DNA of 64,000 nucleotides from IMG/VR virus record IMGVR_UViG_3300019776_000296, positions 3,762 through 67,761 of that record; one strand, given 5' to 3'. Shown here piece by piece: positions 30,195 through 40,035 of this stretch. The notes beneath the pieces were generated by a model. It was given only the letters and a program-made list of their open reading frames with translations. It searched no databases and was not told the origin of the DNA. The position numbers were made by a program, and so were the translations under genes. Position 1 is the stretch's first letter. The number at the start of each line of letters is the position of its first letter. Source of the DNA: a virus.

Positions 30195-31496
30195 ATGACT
30201 GAGAAGATTCTCCCGTATGACAAATCCATTGTGCCGCAAGAGCGTTACTGGGATTGCGGCCCAGCTTCTACTCAGGTTCTGTTATCTGGCTTGGGAATTC
30301 AAGTTTCGGAGAATGATCTCATTCGCGAGATCGGAACAGATGAAGATGGAACAGATTTCGTCGGCCTGATCGAAAATTATTTAGACCGCAGGCTTCCGAA
30401 TGCCAGGTACACCAGCGTCTACCTTGAGAGCGATCCTCCAACTCAGGCGCAGAAAGATGCGTTGTGGCGCAACGTAACTCAGTCAATTGATGCAGGGTAC
30501 GGCGTTATTATGAACTGGGTTTCGCCGCCTGGTAACAGGCCGCGTGCAATCAAGGGTTCAGAGCAGCCGTGGTACGGCAACAATACTGTGTTCCACTATG
30601 TGGCCTGTATGGGTTACTCCGACAATGACGGTCGCGCTTACTGGATACCAGACCCAGGTTTTAAACCGTTCGGGTACTGGGTTCCCCATGATGGTCAGGG
30701 TTCTGCGTCTTCTTTGATCCCGCCAAAGGGTTACTGCTACGCGAATGTTGTTGCCGCGCAACCGAAAAAAGAAACTCTTTCTCGCGATCAGTATGCGGCT
30801 GCGATCATCAGCGAGGGGCAGCGTGCCCGTTCCGGTGAGGGTAAGCTTGATCATCCTGTGATGACTGAGCGTGGTATCACGATAGCTTTGGCTACAGCGT
30901 TGGTGGAGTCGAACCTCCGCATGTATGCGAACAACGGTGATCCAGAAAGCTTGAACTTTCCTTATGACGCAATATCTTCCGACTTCAACTCCACCGGCCT
31001 GTTCCAGCAGAGGGCGCAGTGGTGGGGAACTATTGCAGACAGAATGGACGCATCACGTTCTGCCGCAATGTTTTACAACGCTTTGTCAAAACTGCCGTAC
31101 AACGATACGTCGAAGTCGCCTGGATCGTGGGCGCAGGCTGTTCAGCGGTCTGCGTTCCCGTCTCGCTATGACGAGAAGTATGCGGAAGCTGAAAAGCTTT
31201 ATGGCAGTTTGGTAAAGAAGCCAGAGCCGACTCCTCCTCCTGCTCCAGTGCCTCAGCCGAATCCGGTGCCGCCGGTTGTTCCGACTGTTGATACGAGCAT
31301 CAAGGTTCGTCCAAATGTTGTGGTACTCAAGACTCTTGCTGAGTTGGGTGACAGGGATTGCTTGTCGCTTCTGTCAGCTATTGCTGGCCTTGATGTTTCG
31401 GATCGATCAGATGACGTGTACCTGGCGAGAAAGATTCTGTCCCATGTCGAGTCAACCAGACCTTCTGTGTTGACCGACTTCCTGAAAGGTGTTTGA
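30195..31496 (+). CDS. lysA: Endolysin (lysin A): C39-like peptidase plus lysozyme-like domain
   Basis: QERYWDCGPAS...HYVACMGY...PPKGY and TALVESNL...STGLFQQR motifs; Pro-rich linker; upstream of holin. Confidence 0.88.
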   Translation: MTEKILPYDKSIVPQERYWDCGPASTQVLLSGLGIQVSENDLIREIGTDEDGTDFVGLIENYLDRRLPNARYTSVYLESDPPTQAQKDALWRNVTQSIDAGYGVIMNWVSPPGNRPRAIKGSEQPWYGNNTVFHYVACMGYSDNDGRAYWIPDPGFKPFGYWVPHDGQGSASSLIPPKGYCYANVVAAQPKKETLSRDQYAAAIISEGQRARSGEGKLDHPVMTERGITIALATALVESNLRMYANNGDPESLNFPYDAISSDFNSTGLFQQRAQWWGTIADRMDASRSAAMFYNALSKLPYNDTSKSPGSWAQAVQRSAFPSRYDEKYAEAEKLYGSLVKKPEPTPPPAPVPQPNPVPPVVPTVDTSIKVRPNVVVLKTLAELGDRDCLSLLSAIAGLDVSDRSDDVYLARKILSHVESTRPSVLTDFLKGV

Positions 31497-31502
31497 TCGC
31501 AG

Positions 31503-31898
31503 ATGAATTCAAAGTTTCGCCAGACCGCTTACCTTGTCGGCACTATCGCTACCGGCCTGATCACACTGTTCTCTGTGTGGAACGGAATCTCCGGTGAGGC
31601 GGCAACAGCGTTGTCTAACACCGTGACTGCCCTGCTGGGCCTGCTTGGTGTTGGTGCTACGGCTACGGCTACCGCTGTGGTTTCGAAGCAGCGTAAGGAT
31701 GGCGTGTTCTCCGACAAGCCTTCTCTCACACCGGCAGAGCAGGCGATCACTGGTATCCAGGCGACGGTAGCTCAGGCAGAGAACGCTGCCGACGAGATGC
31801 GGAAGCTTCAGGATGCTGTCAGCGGTGCGCTGGGTAGCGTGCCGATTGTTGGCCCGTTGACTCAGCAGGTAATCGACTCTCTAAAATTTGGGAAGTAG
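31503..31898 (+). CDS. Holin
   Basis: Two N-terminal TM segments then KQRKDG; directly after the lysin. Confidence 0.8.
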   Translation: MNSKFRQTAYLVGTIATGLITLFSVWNGISGEAATALSNTVTALLGLLGVGATATATAVVSKQRKDGVFSDKPSLTPAEQAITGIQATVAQAENAADEMRKLQDAVSGALGSVPIVGPLTQQVIDSLKFGK

Positions 31899-31911
31899 CT
31901 TCCCGCTCAAG

Positions 31912-31950
31912 CTGGTGATGTTTTGATGTTTTCAAAACATCATCAGTTTG
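31912..31950 (+). terminator. Inverted repeat / probable terminator after holin
   Basis: ctggtgatgttttga-tgttt-tcaaaacatcatcag followed by tttg. Confidence 0.5.
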
Positions 31951-31986
31951 CTTTGTGCTGCAACGATTTTCGATAGGATAGGAGCT

Positions 31987-32247
31987 ATGTCAGTTACCGT
32001 TTTCACCACCGGCCCCGGTTGTCATCTGTGTCTCACCACAAAGATTCACATGAAGCGACGAGGCATTGCGTTCGATGAAGTTCGTCTTGACCAGAATCCT
32101 GTTCTGGCAGAGAAGGTTCGGGAGCTTGGTTTCGTTACCGCTCCCGTGGTTCTGATCGATGACTGGGATGATGTGTGGGAGGGCTACTCGTCCGACTCCA
32201 TCGATGAACTGGCCGCTGAAGTGTCTGAGACTGCCGCAGTAGCTTAG
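31987..32247 (+). CDS. nrdH: NrdH-like glutaredoxin
   Basis: VTVFTTGPGCHLC (CxxC) and LGFVTAPVV motifs; SD aggag. Confidence 0.85.
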   Translation: MSVTVFTTGPGCHLCLTTKIHMKRRGIAFDEVRLDQNPVLAEKVRELGFVTAPVVLIDDWDDVWEGYSSDSIDELAAEVSETAAVA

Positions 32248-32254
32248 CCAGCGC

Positions 32255-32299
32255 AAAAGGAAACCCCCCCTGCATGTTTCGCTGGGGGGGTTTCTCTTT
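32255..32299. terminator. Bidirectional intrinsic terminator
   Basis: aaaaggaaacccccc...ggggggtttctcttt between convergent genes. Confidence 0.75.
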
Positions 32300-32389
32300 G
32301 GGCCGATTTAGCGATTGGCTTCAGGACGGGGGAGTTCAGTCCAATGCTTAATCGGCTCTGGCTTGTATTCGCTTGCCGCTCTGGGTATG

Positions 32390-32683
32390 TCAGGTTTCTC
32401 CAGTGGCTTCTTCGAACTGCTCCGCGAATTCTCCATCTGTGATCACTTCGACTTTCCCGCTGGGATACCGGATTATCCAGTCTCCTTCATGCGCTCTGTT
32501 TCTCCCTTCCGGCGCGTCGATGAGCCGGATGTAGTGGAGTCTGCCGGATGGCCGGTCTGTTTGGTGAGAGCGAGGAAAGGCACGCGACACGTTGCGAAAT
32601 GGCCGTTTGACTTGCATTGCTTCTACTTGAATTGCGTTGCGCTGGTAGGTCTTCAAGATTTTCCTTCCAGGTTCCGGCATCAT
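32390..32683 (-). CDS. Hypothetical phage protein
   Basis: VEAMQ...AHEGDWII...EFAEQFE pattern common in phage small proteins; SD ggga. Confidence 0.6.
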   Translation of the reverse strand: MMPEPGRKILKTYQRNAIQVEAMQVKRPFRNVSRAFPRSHQTDRPSGRLHYIRLIDAPEGRNRAHEGDWIIRYPSGKVEVITDGEFAEQFEEATGET

Positions 32684-33204
32684 TCTCCCACGGATCGTTG
32701 CAACTCGTAGTTGCAACAGTTGGTGGTAGAACTGTGTTCAAGTTCCTCCAGCTTGGGGGTCAGCCGGGTTTAGCCACCCAGGCCAGTGTCGCCCTTCAGA
32801 TGGGCTGTGGTTCCGCGTTAGTAGGCAGAGCATGTGGAGGCTGCTGAACATGCGCGAGTGTGGTCGCTGTGGTGGCGGCTGCCTTTGGTGAAACCTCTGG
32901 CCGCAGTGTGGATTTCATGTTTCACCTACCTTTCAGATCATCACGCGAGGACTATCCATATCGGTGCCTGAGTAGTCGCAAGAGTTCGCGGTTGAGTGCG
33001 TGCCCCGACCCCTAGGGGCGCAAGACTTCTTTGGACGTAACCGACACGGGCAGGCGACTTTTAAAGCATGTACAGGTAAAAGTACCTGTGTATCAATTGG
33101 TTTCGTTGCAACGATTGAGGGTATCCTTGATGCGGGACGCTACGCAGGGTACGGACTTCCCTTCCCGACCTGAGTTAGCTGCCGCACCGTTGCAGCGTGT
33201 GCGC

Positions 33205-33241
33205 CACCCCCCGGTGTCGTGGCCGGGGGGTGTCCCTTTTA
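33205..33241 (+). terminator. Intrinsic terminator-like hairpin
   Basis: caccccccgg-tgtcgtgg-ccggggggtg then tcccttttat. Confidence 0.55.
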
Positions 33242-33513
33242 TCTGGGCAATACTCCCGTCGCAGCTTGAGTGCCACTTACGCAAGAATGTATTGCTTATG
33301 GGGTATTACGCAGACATGTTAGAGGCAAGGGTCGCAGTGGCTTTGACGTTGCGGCAGTTCGATGACGATGCTAGACGGCTGGGTATTACAAAGATGGTTG
33401 GTTCCCCAGCGAAGGAGCGCAGATACATCTGCGAATCTCTCTCAGCTTTCGGTGGATCACCCTGGCCGTACTCCTCTACAGCCGACAACAGTTGGGTTCG
33501 CAAATGATGAAAT

Positions 33514-33972
33514 GTGTTGCGTGCCAACGCATTTGGTGTGTCAACTACGGATGCTCCAACACGGTCGAACCCTGGCACGGAAGGGCGCATGAGATGGAAC
33601 AGATTGAGGCACAATATGTTTGTGACCAAACGAATCCAGAGACTCAAGCGCAAGCTGGGAGTCAAAGCAACGAGTGATCCTGACGGCGTGCTGGCTTCGC
33701 TCCAGATCGCACGCCGCCTCGTCAACGAAGGCGATACCGCCGTCTACAGCGTCATGGACGACGCAACCAGGCTGGCCGCACCGAAAGACCACGCAATCGC
33801 GTGGTGGGCTGCACACCACGCTCTCACCTCCGCTCTCCCGGCTGATGCTAAATCGTTGGGCGACTTCACCATCCGCGCCTCGCATGAGGAACTGGTCGCT
33901 CTCTTCGACACTGCCATCAAGAACCAGGGAAAGATGAACGCAGCAATGCTGAAAGGGAAGTGGGCCAAGTGA
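33514..33972 (+). CDS. Hypothetical protein (start uncertain)
   Basis: Phage-like codon usage in the 3' part; overlaps the next start. Confidence 0.55.
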   Translation: MLRANAFGVSTTDAPTRSNPGTEGRMRWNRLRHNMFVTKRIQRLKRKLGVKATSDPDGVLASLQIARRLVNEGDTAVYSVMDDATRLAAPKDHAIAWWAAHHALTSALPADAKSLGDFTIRASHEELVALFDTAIKNQGKMNAAMLKGKWAK

Positions 33973-34592
33973 ATACGGAAAGCAGCAGGGAGCATTCGGA
34001 GTCGCTCGACAAGCTTCTCCCGGCACTGATCGTCGCGAAGGCGCAGTTCCCGTCCGTGAAGAAGGACGGCTACAACCCGCACTTCAAGAGCAAGTTCGCC
34101 ACCCTCAAGGCTGTGCAGGAAGCCACCGCAGATGTGTTGACCCAGAACGGGTTAACGATCATCCAGTTCCCGGCCAGCGTTGACGGCAGGCCCGGTCTGA
34201 CTACCTGGCTGGCTCACCTGTCCGGTCAATACATCGTGGAGACAACGGTTCTCGCTCTGGCGAAGAACGATCCGCAAGCGCAGGGTTCGGGCATCACCTA
34301 CCTGCGCCGCTACGGCTGGTCTTCCGTGCTGGGTCTGGTGACCGACGAGGACGACGACGACGGCAACATTGCCACCATCGTTGCGCCGCAAGCCAAGTCG
34401 CTTCCGCAGAACAACGCGGAGATGGCACGTCTGGTTGCCGCCGCGAAGCGCACCGGCAAGGCAAAGGACGATGTCGATTCCCTGTGCAAGAAGAAGTACG
34501 GTGTCGATCTCGCCAAGGCATCCAACGAGCAGATCACTGAGATGGCCGACTTCCTCACTGAGGCTGCCGTCGCCAAGGAGATGAAGCCTTGA
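33969..34592 (+). CDS. erf: ERF-family single-strand annealing protein
   Basis: NPHFKSKFATL and QAQGSGITYLRRYGWSSVLGL...DDDG motifs. Confidence 0.9.
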   Translation: MNTESSREHSESLDKLLPALIVAKAQFPSVKKDGYNPHFKSKFATLKAVQEATADVLTQNGLTIIQFPASVDGRPGLTTWLAHLSGQYIVETTVLALAKNDPQAQGSGITYLRRYGWSSVLGLVTDEDDDDGNIATIVAPQAKSLPQNNAEMARLVAAAKRTGKAKDDVDSLCKKKYGVDLAKASNEQITEMADFLTEAAVAKEMKP

Positions 34593-34927
34593 GCGGCAAG
34601 GAGATCGGGCAGGCACTGCTCCTCGTAGGGTTCCTGTTGTCCGTGGCCGGGATCGTTGAGCCGTCGTGGGGAACGTCTTCTGCCGTAGCGGTTTTCGTCC
34701 TCGTCGGCTTCATGGTCTGGGTTACCCGCAGCCACGACGAGTGGCGCAAGGGCTACGAGCAGGGACGTGTCGATGCAGGCAAGAAGCTGCTCGACTACAA
34801 CCGCATGATCGAAAGCGAGCGCGAGGCCCGTGTCGCTTCCCTGACATCATCTCCGCTGTGGAAGTGCGGAATGGAAGGCTGCTACTGCGCCAACGATTCT
34901 CGCTACAAGGAGTACGAAGATGACTGA
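34589..34927 (+). CDS. Membrane protein
   Basis: Two TM segments; coupled to its neighbours. Confidence 0.6.
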   Translation: MSGKEIGQALLLVGFLLSVAGIVEPSWGTSSAVAVFVLVGFMVWVTRSHDEWRKGYEQGRVDAGKKLLDYNRMIESEREARVASLTSSPLWKCGMEGCYCANDSRYKEYEDD

Positions 34928-35873
34928 CTACCAGGTGAAGCGGAACTACCGTGGTCAGGTTCTGATCTCCCCGCCGGGTGCGGAACCCATGACGGGAGAA
35001 TGGGTTACGGCCAAGAACCAGAAGCGTTACTTCAAGCCGGATCAGTCCGACGTGAAGGGTTACGGACGTACCAGCAAGGCCGGTGAGAACCTGAAGGGCG
35101 GCGGCGAAGGACTAGCCAACTTCAAGGGTGCTATGGCTGCTATCGGCACTGTGATGTCGAAGACGGTGCAGGCCGAAATTGCCACTCTCATCAACGAATA
35201 CAACGGCGATCCGTACTACGCCGGGGATGACGGCGGCTGGCGTTCCGGCAAGAAGCGTCTGTTGGAAGCGGTGGACAAGGCCGCTGAGTTGGCCGGTTCA
35301 AACTCTGCTTCCTCCAGGGGAACTGAGTTCCACAAGCTTGGTGAACTGGTCAACAAGGGGCAGACACCGACCATCGTCCGTGACGAACTTGTTGAGCCGC
35401 TTAAGCATTACGCAGAGCGTGTCGCCAACGTGAAGTTCCTGCACCAGGAAATCCTCATCGTGAACGATGAACTGGAGCGTGCCGGTTCCATCGACTACCT
35501 CATGGAGATTCCGGTGGGAACCATTGGGCCATACGGCTTCCCGCTGTTTGAGCCGTGGGTTGTTGCCGGTGACCTGAAGACCGGCAAGTGGGACTACCAC
35601 TACCCGGCTGGGATGTTCGCACAGTTGGCCGGTTACGGTAAGGGCCAGCGGTACGAGCAGGAGACGAACACCCGTACTCCGTTGCACCCCAACATGAATA
35701 CCGATTGGGGAGTGCTGGTTCACTACCCTCTCGCGGCGAAAGACCCTGAGGTCAAGTTCTATTGGGTTGACCTCAACGTCGGTATGCGTGCCGCCAAGCT
35801 CAACAACGATCTGTCCAACATGATCGCCTTCTTCCAGTCAGTGAAGGGCAAGCCCGTGGAGTTCCAACTGTGA
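34920..35873 (+). CDS. PD-(D/E)XK (RecB/Cas4-like) exonuclease
   Basis: RGTEFH, AGSIDYL, GDLKTG and QLAGY motifs; near ERF. Confidence 0.85.
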   Translation: MTDYQVKRNYRGQVLISPPGAEPMTGEWVTAKNQKRYFKPDQSDVKGYGRTSKAGENLKGGGEGLANFKGAMAAIGTVMSKTVQAEIATLINEYNGDPYYAGDDGGWRSGKKRLLEAVDKAAELAGSNSASSRGTEFHKLGELVNKGQTPTIVRDELVEPLKHYAERVANVKFLHQEILIVNDELERAGSIDYLMEIPVGTIGPYGFPLFEPWVVAGDLKTGKWDYHYPAGMFAQLAGYGKGQRYEQETNTRTPLHPNMNTDWGVLVHYPLAAKDPEVKFYWVDLNVGMRAAKLNNDLSNMIAFFQSVKGKPVEFQL

Positions 35874-36436
35874 TCGAACTGTTCGAAGATCAAGAAGAAG
35901 AGGATATTCAGTATCTGAATATCCAGCGGTTCAACATCTTTGGCTACATCGATGCTGAGTTCGCAGCCGCCTTCATTGCTGCGCTGTGGGACAAGGACAA
36001 CGAGGACACCACTGATGTGTGGGAGATCGTCATCAACAGCGAGGGTGGTGATATGGAAGCTGGCACAGCGATTTACAGCGAGATCGCCGCCTACAGCGAG
36101 CGTTGTGGCGGCAGCCACTATGTGATGACGAAGGTGCGCGGTCAGGCAGCCTCGTGCGCCTCGCTGATCTTGCAGGCCGGTGATCACCGTTCCGCTGGAG
36201 TGATGGACTACATCATGTCCCATCAGCCGCTGCTGTCCTTTGAGGACGCGACGATGCAGCGTGTGAAAGATGAACTGGCGCAAGCTGAATCGTGGACGGA
36301 GAACTTCCTCAACATCCTCACTGAGCGAGGTGGGAAGGAGCGCGACTACTACAAGGGCCAACTGGCCTTTGGGCGTGACTGGTGGCTGTCCTCGCAGGAA
36401 GCGTTGGAGTGCGGCATGATTGATGAGATCGCATGA
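35870..36436 (+). CDS. clpP: ClpP-like protease
   Basis: INSEGGD, GQAASCASLI (Ser), IMSHQP (His), WLSSQEALECGMIDEI motifs. Confidence 0.9.
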   Translation: MIELFEDQEEEDIQYLNIQRFNIFGYIDAEFAAAFIAALWDKDNEDTTDVWEIVINSEGGDMEAGTAIYSEIAAYSERCGGSHYVMTKVRGQAASCASLILQAGDHRSAGVMDYIMSHQPLLSFEDATMQRVKDELAQAESWTENFLNILTERGGKERDYYKGQLAFGRDWWLSSQEALECGMIDEIA

Positions 36437-36598
36437 TGATCGACATCGTCTTCCAGGCGATCTATGACAGCACCAACCTCCCTGAGTACAGGTGCATGGA
36501 GGTGGCGGCTGCTGTGATGGAGAAGCTGGAGGTTGGAGTACCTTGCGCCGCAACAGGTTGCAGAGTTAGGGCAATCATCAAGAACAAGCTGTCCGACG

Positions 36599-38148
36599 AT
36601 GAGTGACCTCCGCACCCGTATCGCCCAGGTCATCCACCGCATGGACGGCGTGAAGTGCTGCGACGAATGCCAGCACCACGACATGCCCTCGCTGTGGGCG
36701 CTCGACGCAGCCGACGCGGTGATGAAAGAACTGCATCTTCATGTGGAACATGGAACGCTGAAAGTTATTCGCTACGTTAGCGATTGGGAGATCAATGACA
36801 ACTCCTAACGAGATCAATAACCTGCTTATCGAAACGGACGACAAGATCAAGCAGTACAGCGAGATGTGCGTATGGTTCAAAGCGCAGCGAGACTACTGGC
36901 GGCACCGGCTGGAGATCGACCAGAAGATGGAAGAGATGCGCTTCTCCGGTCCCGCCACCAAGGCCAAAGCTCACGGCGTACTCAATGGTGGATGGGATAT
37001 CATGGTTGACATGCATTGGGTGCCAACGAAACTCGAACTCCCAGACGCAGTGATGGTGTTTGACGCTGCCTACGATCTTGTGCAGTCACGCAACCAGTAC
37101 CTGCATGACCATCTGACAACGCTGATGGTTCGCAACAAGAATGTGATGCTGGAGTACAACAGCATGAACGGAAGGTATGGCGCATGAGTGACGACGACAT
37201 CCCACCTCCGCTCAGCCCAAAGCCCAAGGGCGGCAAGCCCGACGATCTGATGCTTCCGTGGCGGCTGGCCGACGCTCCACGCTTGCAGCTTGAATTCCTT
37301 GCTCGCAGTGAAGCTTTGAACGAGAAAGACCGCGAATCGGTAAGGGCTTGGCTGAACAGCTACAACGTATACATTGCCCAGTGGCTGTACGCGGAATACG
37401 GTGCCGACGCGGTGCGGGAAGCTAACGGAATCTCTCGTGCAACAGCGCAAAGGATGAACGAAAACCAGTCCACCGCAAGGGAACAGGCTGAGCGTGATCT
37501 GTTCCGCAAGCTGGAAGAGGACTTCAGAAGTGAGTGAGCCGACGATCCCACTGAAGTACTCTGAGCTACTGCACGTCGCCATGTGTACGGTGATCCACGT
37601 CATCGAAACAACAACTGACTACCCGACGACGAACATGCAGCAAGTTGTTGCGGCGTATACGGTTTCGCGGGACAAGCACCTCACCGGCCAGGGATTCACC
37701 AAAGATCAGATCAAGCTCTTCACTGAAGCAGCAACCGATTCACTCGTTGCCTGGTTGGAGGAGCGTCACGTTAAGTCAAGGGAACTGGACGCTGACTTCA
37801 ACCGTTGGGCCAGCGAGATGAGGGACGATGGGACTGTTTAATTGGATAAAACACGACAAGAAGCCGAAACCGTTGCGTGACTTCATCGTTACACCTGGGC
37901 CTTGGTTCAAGAAGTACATGAATGACTGGATGGAAGCGTTCGACATTGACGACAGGCAGCAATGCACGTCGGGCATTGTGACTGGAGAAGACTCCGGCCA
38001 GTACATCTGGGTCACCGCGACACCTGAGTGGGATGTGTTGTGGTTTAAGGAACATGGCTTCCGCTTCCCGCGAAAATGGGTGCCGTACAAGTGCATGGAT
38101 TTAGTGGTGGGCGAAGATGGTGGCCCTGCCATGATGCCCGGTCTGTAG
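36599..38148 (+). CDS. Run of five small coupled hypothetical genes (36599-36808, 36795-37187, 37184-37537, 37530-37841, 37828-38148)
   Basis: Overlapping stop/start codons and consistent codon usage; no recognisable motifs. Confidence 0.6.
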
Positions 38149-38287
38149 GAAGGTGATTCAGTGATCGACTGCACATGCAGTCACCCAGATTTTCAGCACG
38201 ACGAATTCGGTTGCACATCACTCGTCTGCTGTGACCAGTACCCGCAGCTTGTCCACTCAGCTATCCAGTGCCAATGCCTTGGTGTTC

Positions 38288-38776
38288 ATGTCTAATCCGC
38301 GAATCACGTTGGCAGACTACGAATTAGAGAACGCAGCCTTCGTCGGTATGCGTCGGCAGGCCAGCGCACGCATCAACCAGAGGGTTGCTCGCGGCGGCAT
38401 GTCCGAACAAGACGGTTGGGGTAATCACGTCGAGGGTGCGTGCGGAGAATACGCTGCCGCAAGGTTTCTCAACGTCTGCTGGACGGGATCGGTTGGCACG
38501 TTTGGAGAAGACCTCAAGCCCAACATCGAAGTGAAGACTAGGTCTAACCATTCCTACGATCTGCTTATCCGTAACAACGAAGACTTAGACAAAATCTTCA
38601 TCCTGGTGACCGGCACCGCACCACACTTCTGGGTACGCGGCTGGGCTGTAGGTAAACACGTTGTCTCAGACAAGTGGATTAAGTACTACGGCAACAGGCC
38701 GGGAGCATGGTTCATCCCAGTCAGTGAACTGAGTACCGATTGGCTTGAACTGAAAAAGACATACATCTGGAAGTGA
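38288..38776 (+). CDS. Putative PD-(D/E)XK-fold protein
   Basis: GACGEYAAA...D...IEVKT motif. Confidence 0.55.
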   Translation: MSNPRITLADYELENAAFVGMRRQASARINQRVARGGMSEQDGWGNHVEGACGEYAAARFLNVCWTGSVGTFGEDLKPNIEVKTRSNHSYDLLIRNNEDLDKIFILVTGTAPHFWVRGWAVGKHVVSDKWIKYYGNRPGAWFIPVSELSTDWLELKKTYIWK

Positions 38777-39180
38777 GACTCAGTGAAAAGCGTTGCCGCA
38801 AAATGGTTTACGAACGCAGCGGTGGTCTGTGTGAACGGTGCGGCATGGGCGGTCACTCGTATCACCACCGAAAGAACAGGAGTGCCGGTGGTGAATGGTC
38901 TTGTGCGAACATCGTTTACCTGTGCGGCGACGGTGTACGAGGCTGTCATGGTTGGGTCACTACACACCCTCGCGAGGCTGAACGAGAAGGTTTCCACGTC
39001 CCGCAATGGCTCGACCCAGCCGACGTTCCAATCCTCCTCCACAGGCGGCTGACCTGCGGTTTGAGTTGCAACGAACCGTCATACACTAGTACTGCACAAC
39101 CAACACACGACAAGCACAGAGAGACACAAGAAATTGACTGGACTTCCGCAGACCACAATCGTTGGGACGCTGACTGGTGA
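38773..39180 (+). CDS. HNH endonuclease
   Basis: RSGGLCERCG...HHRKNRSAGG...NIVYLCG...GCHGW. Confidence 0.85.
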   Translation: MRLSEKRCRKMVYERSGGLCERCGMGGHSYHHRKNRSAGGEWSCANIVYLCGDGVRGCHGWVTTHPREAEREGFHVPQWLDPADVPILLHRRLTCGLSCNEPSYTSTAQPTHDKHRETQEIDWTSADHNRWDADW

Positions 39181-39529
39181 TCCCGAAATCAAAGCTCTCC
39201 CTTCAGGTTTGTTCGTCGCCACGGTGAACATTGCGTGCAACGAGCGCAAGTACAACAAGGACACGCAGTCCTACGAGAACGGCGATCCGACCTACCTCCG
39301 TGGCACCGTCTGGCGTGAGTACGCAGAGAACGTGGCGAACTCACTTCGCAAGGGCGACAAGGTGATTGCCACCGGCAAGCTCCGCATGCGCTCGTGGGAG
39401 AAGGACGGCCAGAAGCGCACCAGCTTCGAACTCGACATCGAAGAGATCGGGCCGACGCTGCGCTTCGTCGCCGTCGCTCCTCTCGCAGCCGCATCGACCG
39501 GCGGTGCCGACGACGAGCCGGGTTGGTGA
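39134..39529 (+). CDS. ssb: Single-stranded DNA-binding protein
   Basis: TIVGTLTGDPE and AENVANSLRKGDKVIATGKL motifs; acidic C-terminal tail. Confidence 0.95.
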   Translation: MTGLPQTTIVGTLTGDPEIKALPSGLFVATVNIACNERKYNKDTQSYENGDPTYLRGTVWREYAENVANSLRKGDKVIATGKLRMRSWEKDGQKRTSFELDIEEIGPTLRFVAVAPLAAASTGGADDEPGW

Positions 39530-40035
39530 CACTCACCTCCGGTGAGGCGCGAAAGAAGAACCGGGCAGCCTTCGATCTGTTCTGGAAGGCATACCCCAAA
39601 AAGATCGCGCCGACAGAAGCGGAGCGGGTCTTCAGTGAAGTGGTCGAAAAAGGTGCTGACCCAGACCATTTGATCAAGAAGGCACGAGCTTATGCGCTCA
39701 CTGTTGACCCGAATGATCTGAAGTACGTTCCCTCGCCGCACTCTTGGCTGAAGCAGGGTCGCTATGACGACGCAGACCTGTTCACCAATCAGCTTGAGGC
39801 AGAGAAGGAATGGCTCAGGGAGTGCTGGCGCACAGCGAACGTCAAGGCGGTTGAAAACCGTTACCACGTCACGTTCGACAAGCAATATCCACCGGACGAA
39901 ATGACTGATCCCAAGGCAATCAAGCTGTGGTATCAGGAAACGGCACGGGCTTGGATATCCAAAATCGTTGAGGAGCAAGTAATTTGCCGGGAAGAAGAGA
40001 GCCAGCCCACGATGCTCTCGCAGAGCAATCAGTAA
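39526..40035 (+). CDS. Replication initiator / helicase loader-like protein
   Basis: FDLFWKAYPKK...YVPSPHSWLKQGRY motif directly upstream of DnaB. Confidence 0.7.
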   Translation: MTLTSGEARKKNRAAFDLFWKAYPKKIAPTEAERVFSEVVEKGADPDHLIKKARAYALTVDPNDLKYVPSPHSWLKQGRYDDADLFTNQLEAEKEWLRECWRTANVKAVENRYHVTFDKQYPPDEMTDPKAIKLWYQETARAWISKIVEEQVICREEESQPTMLSQSNQ

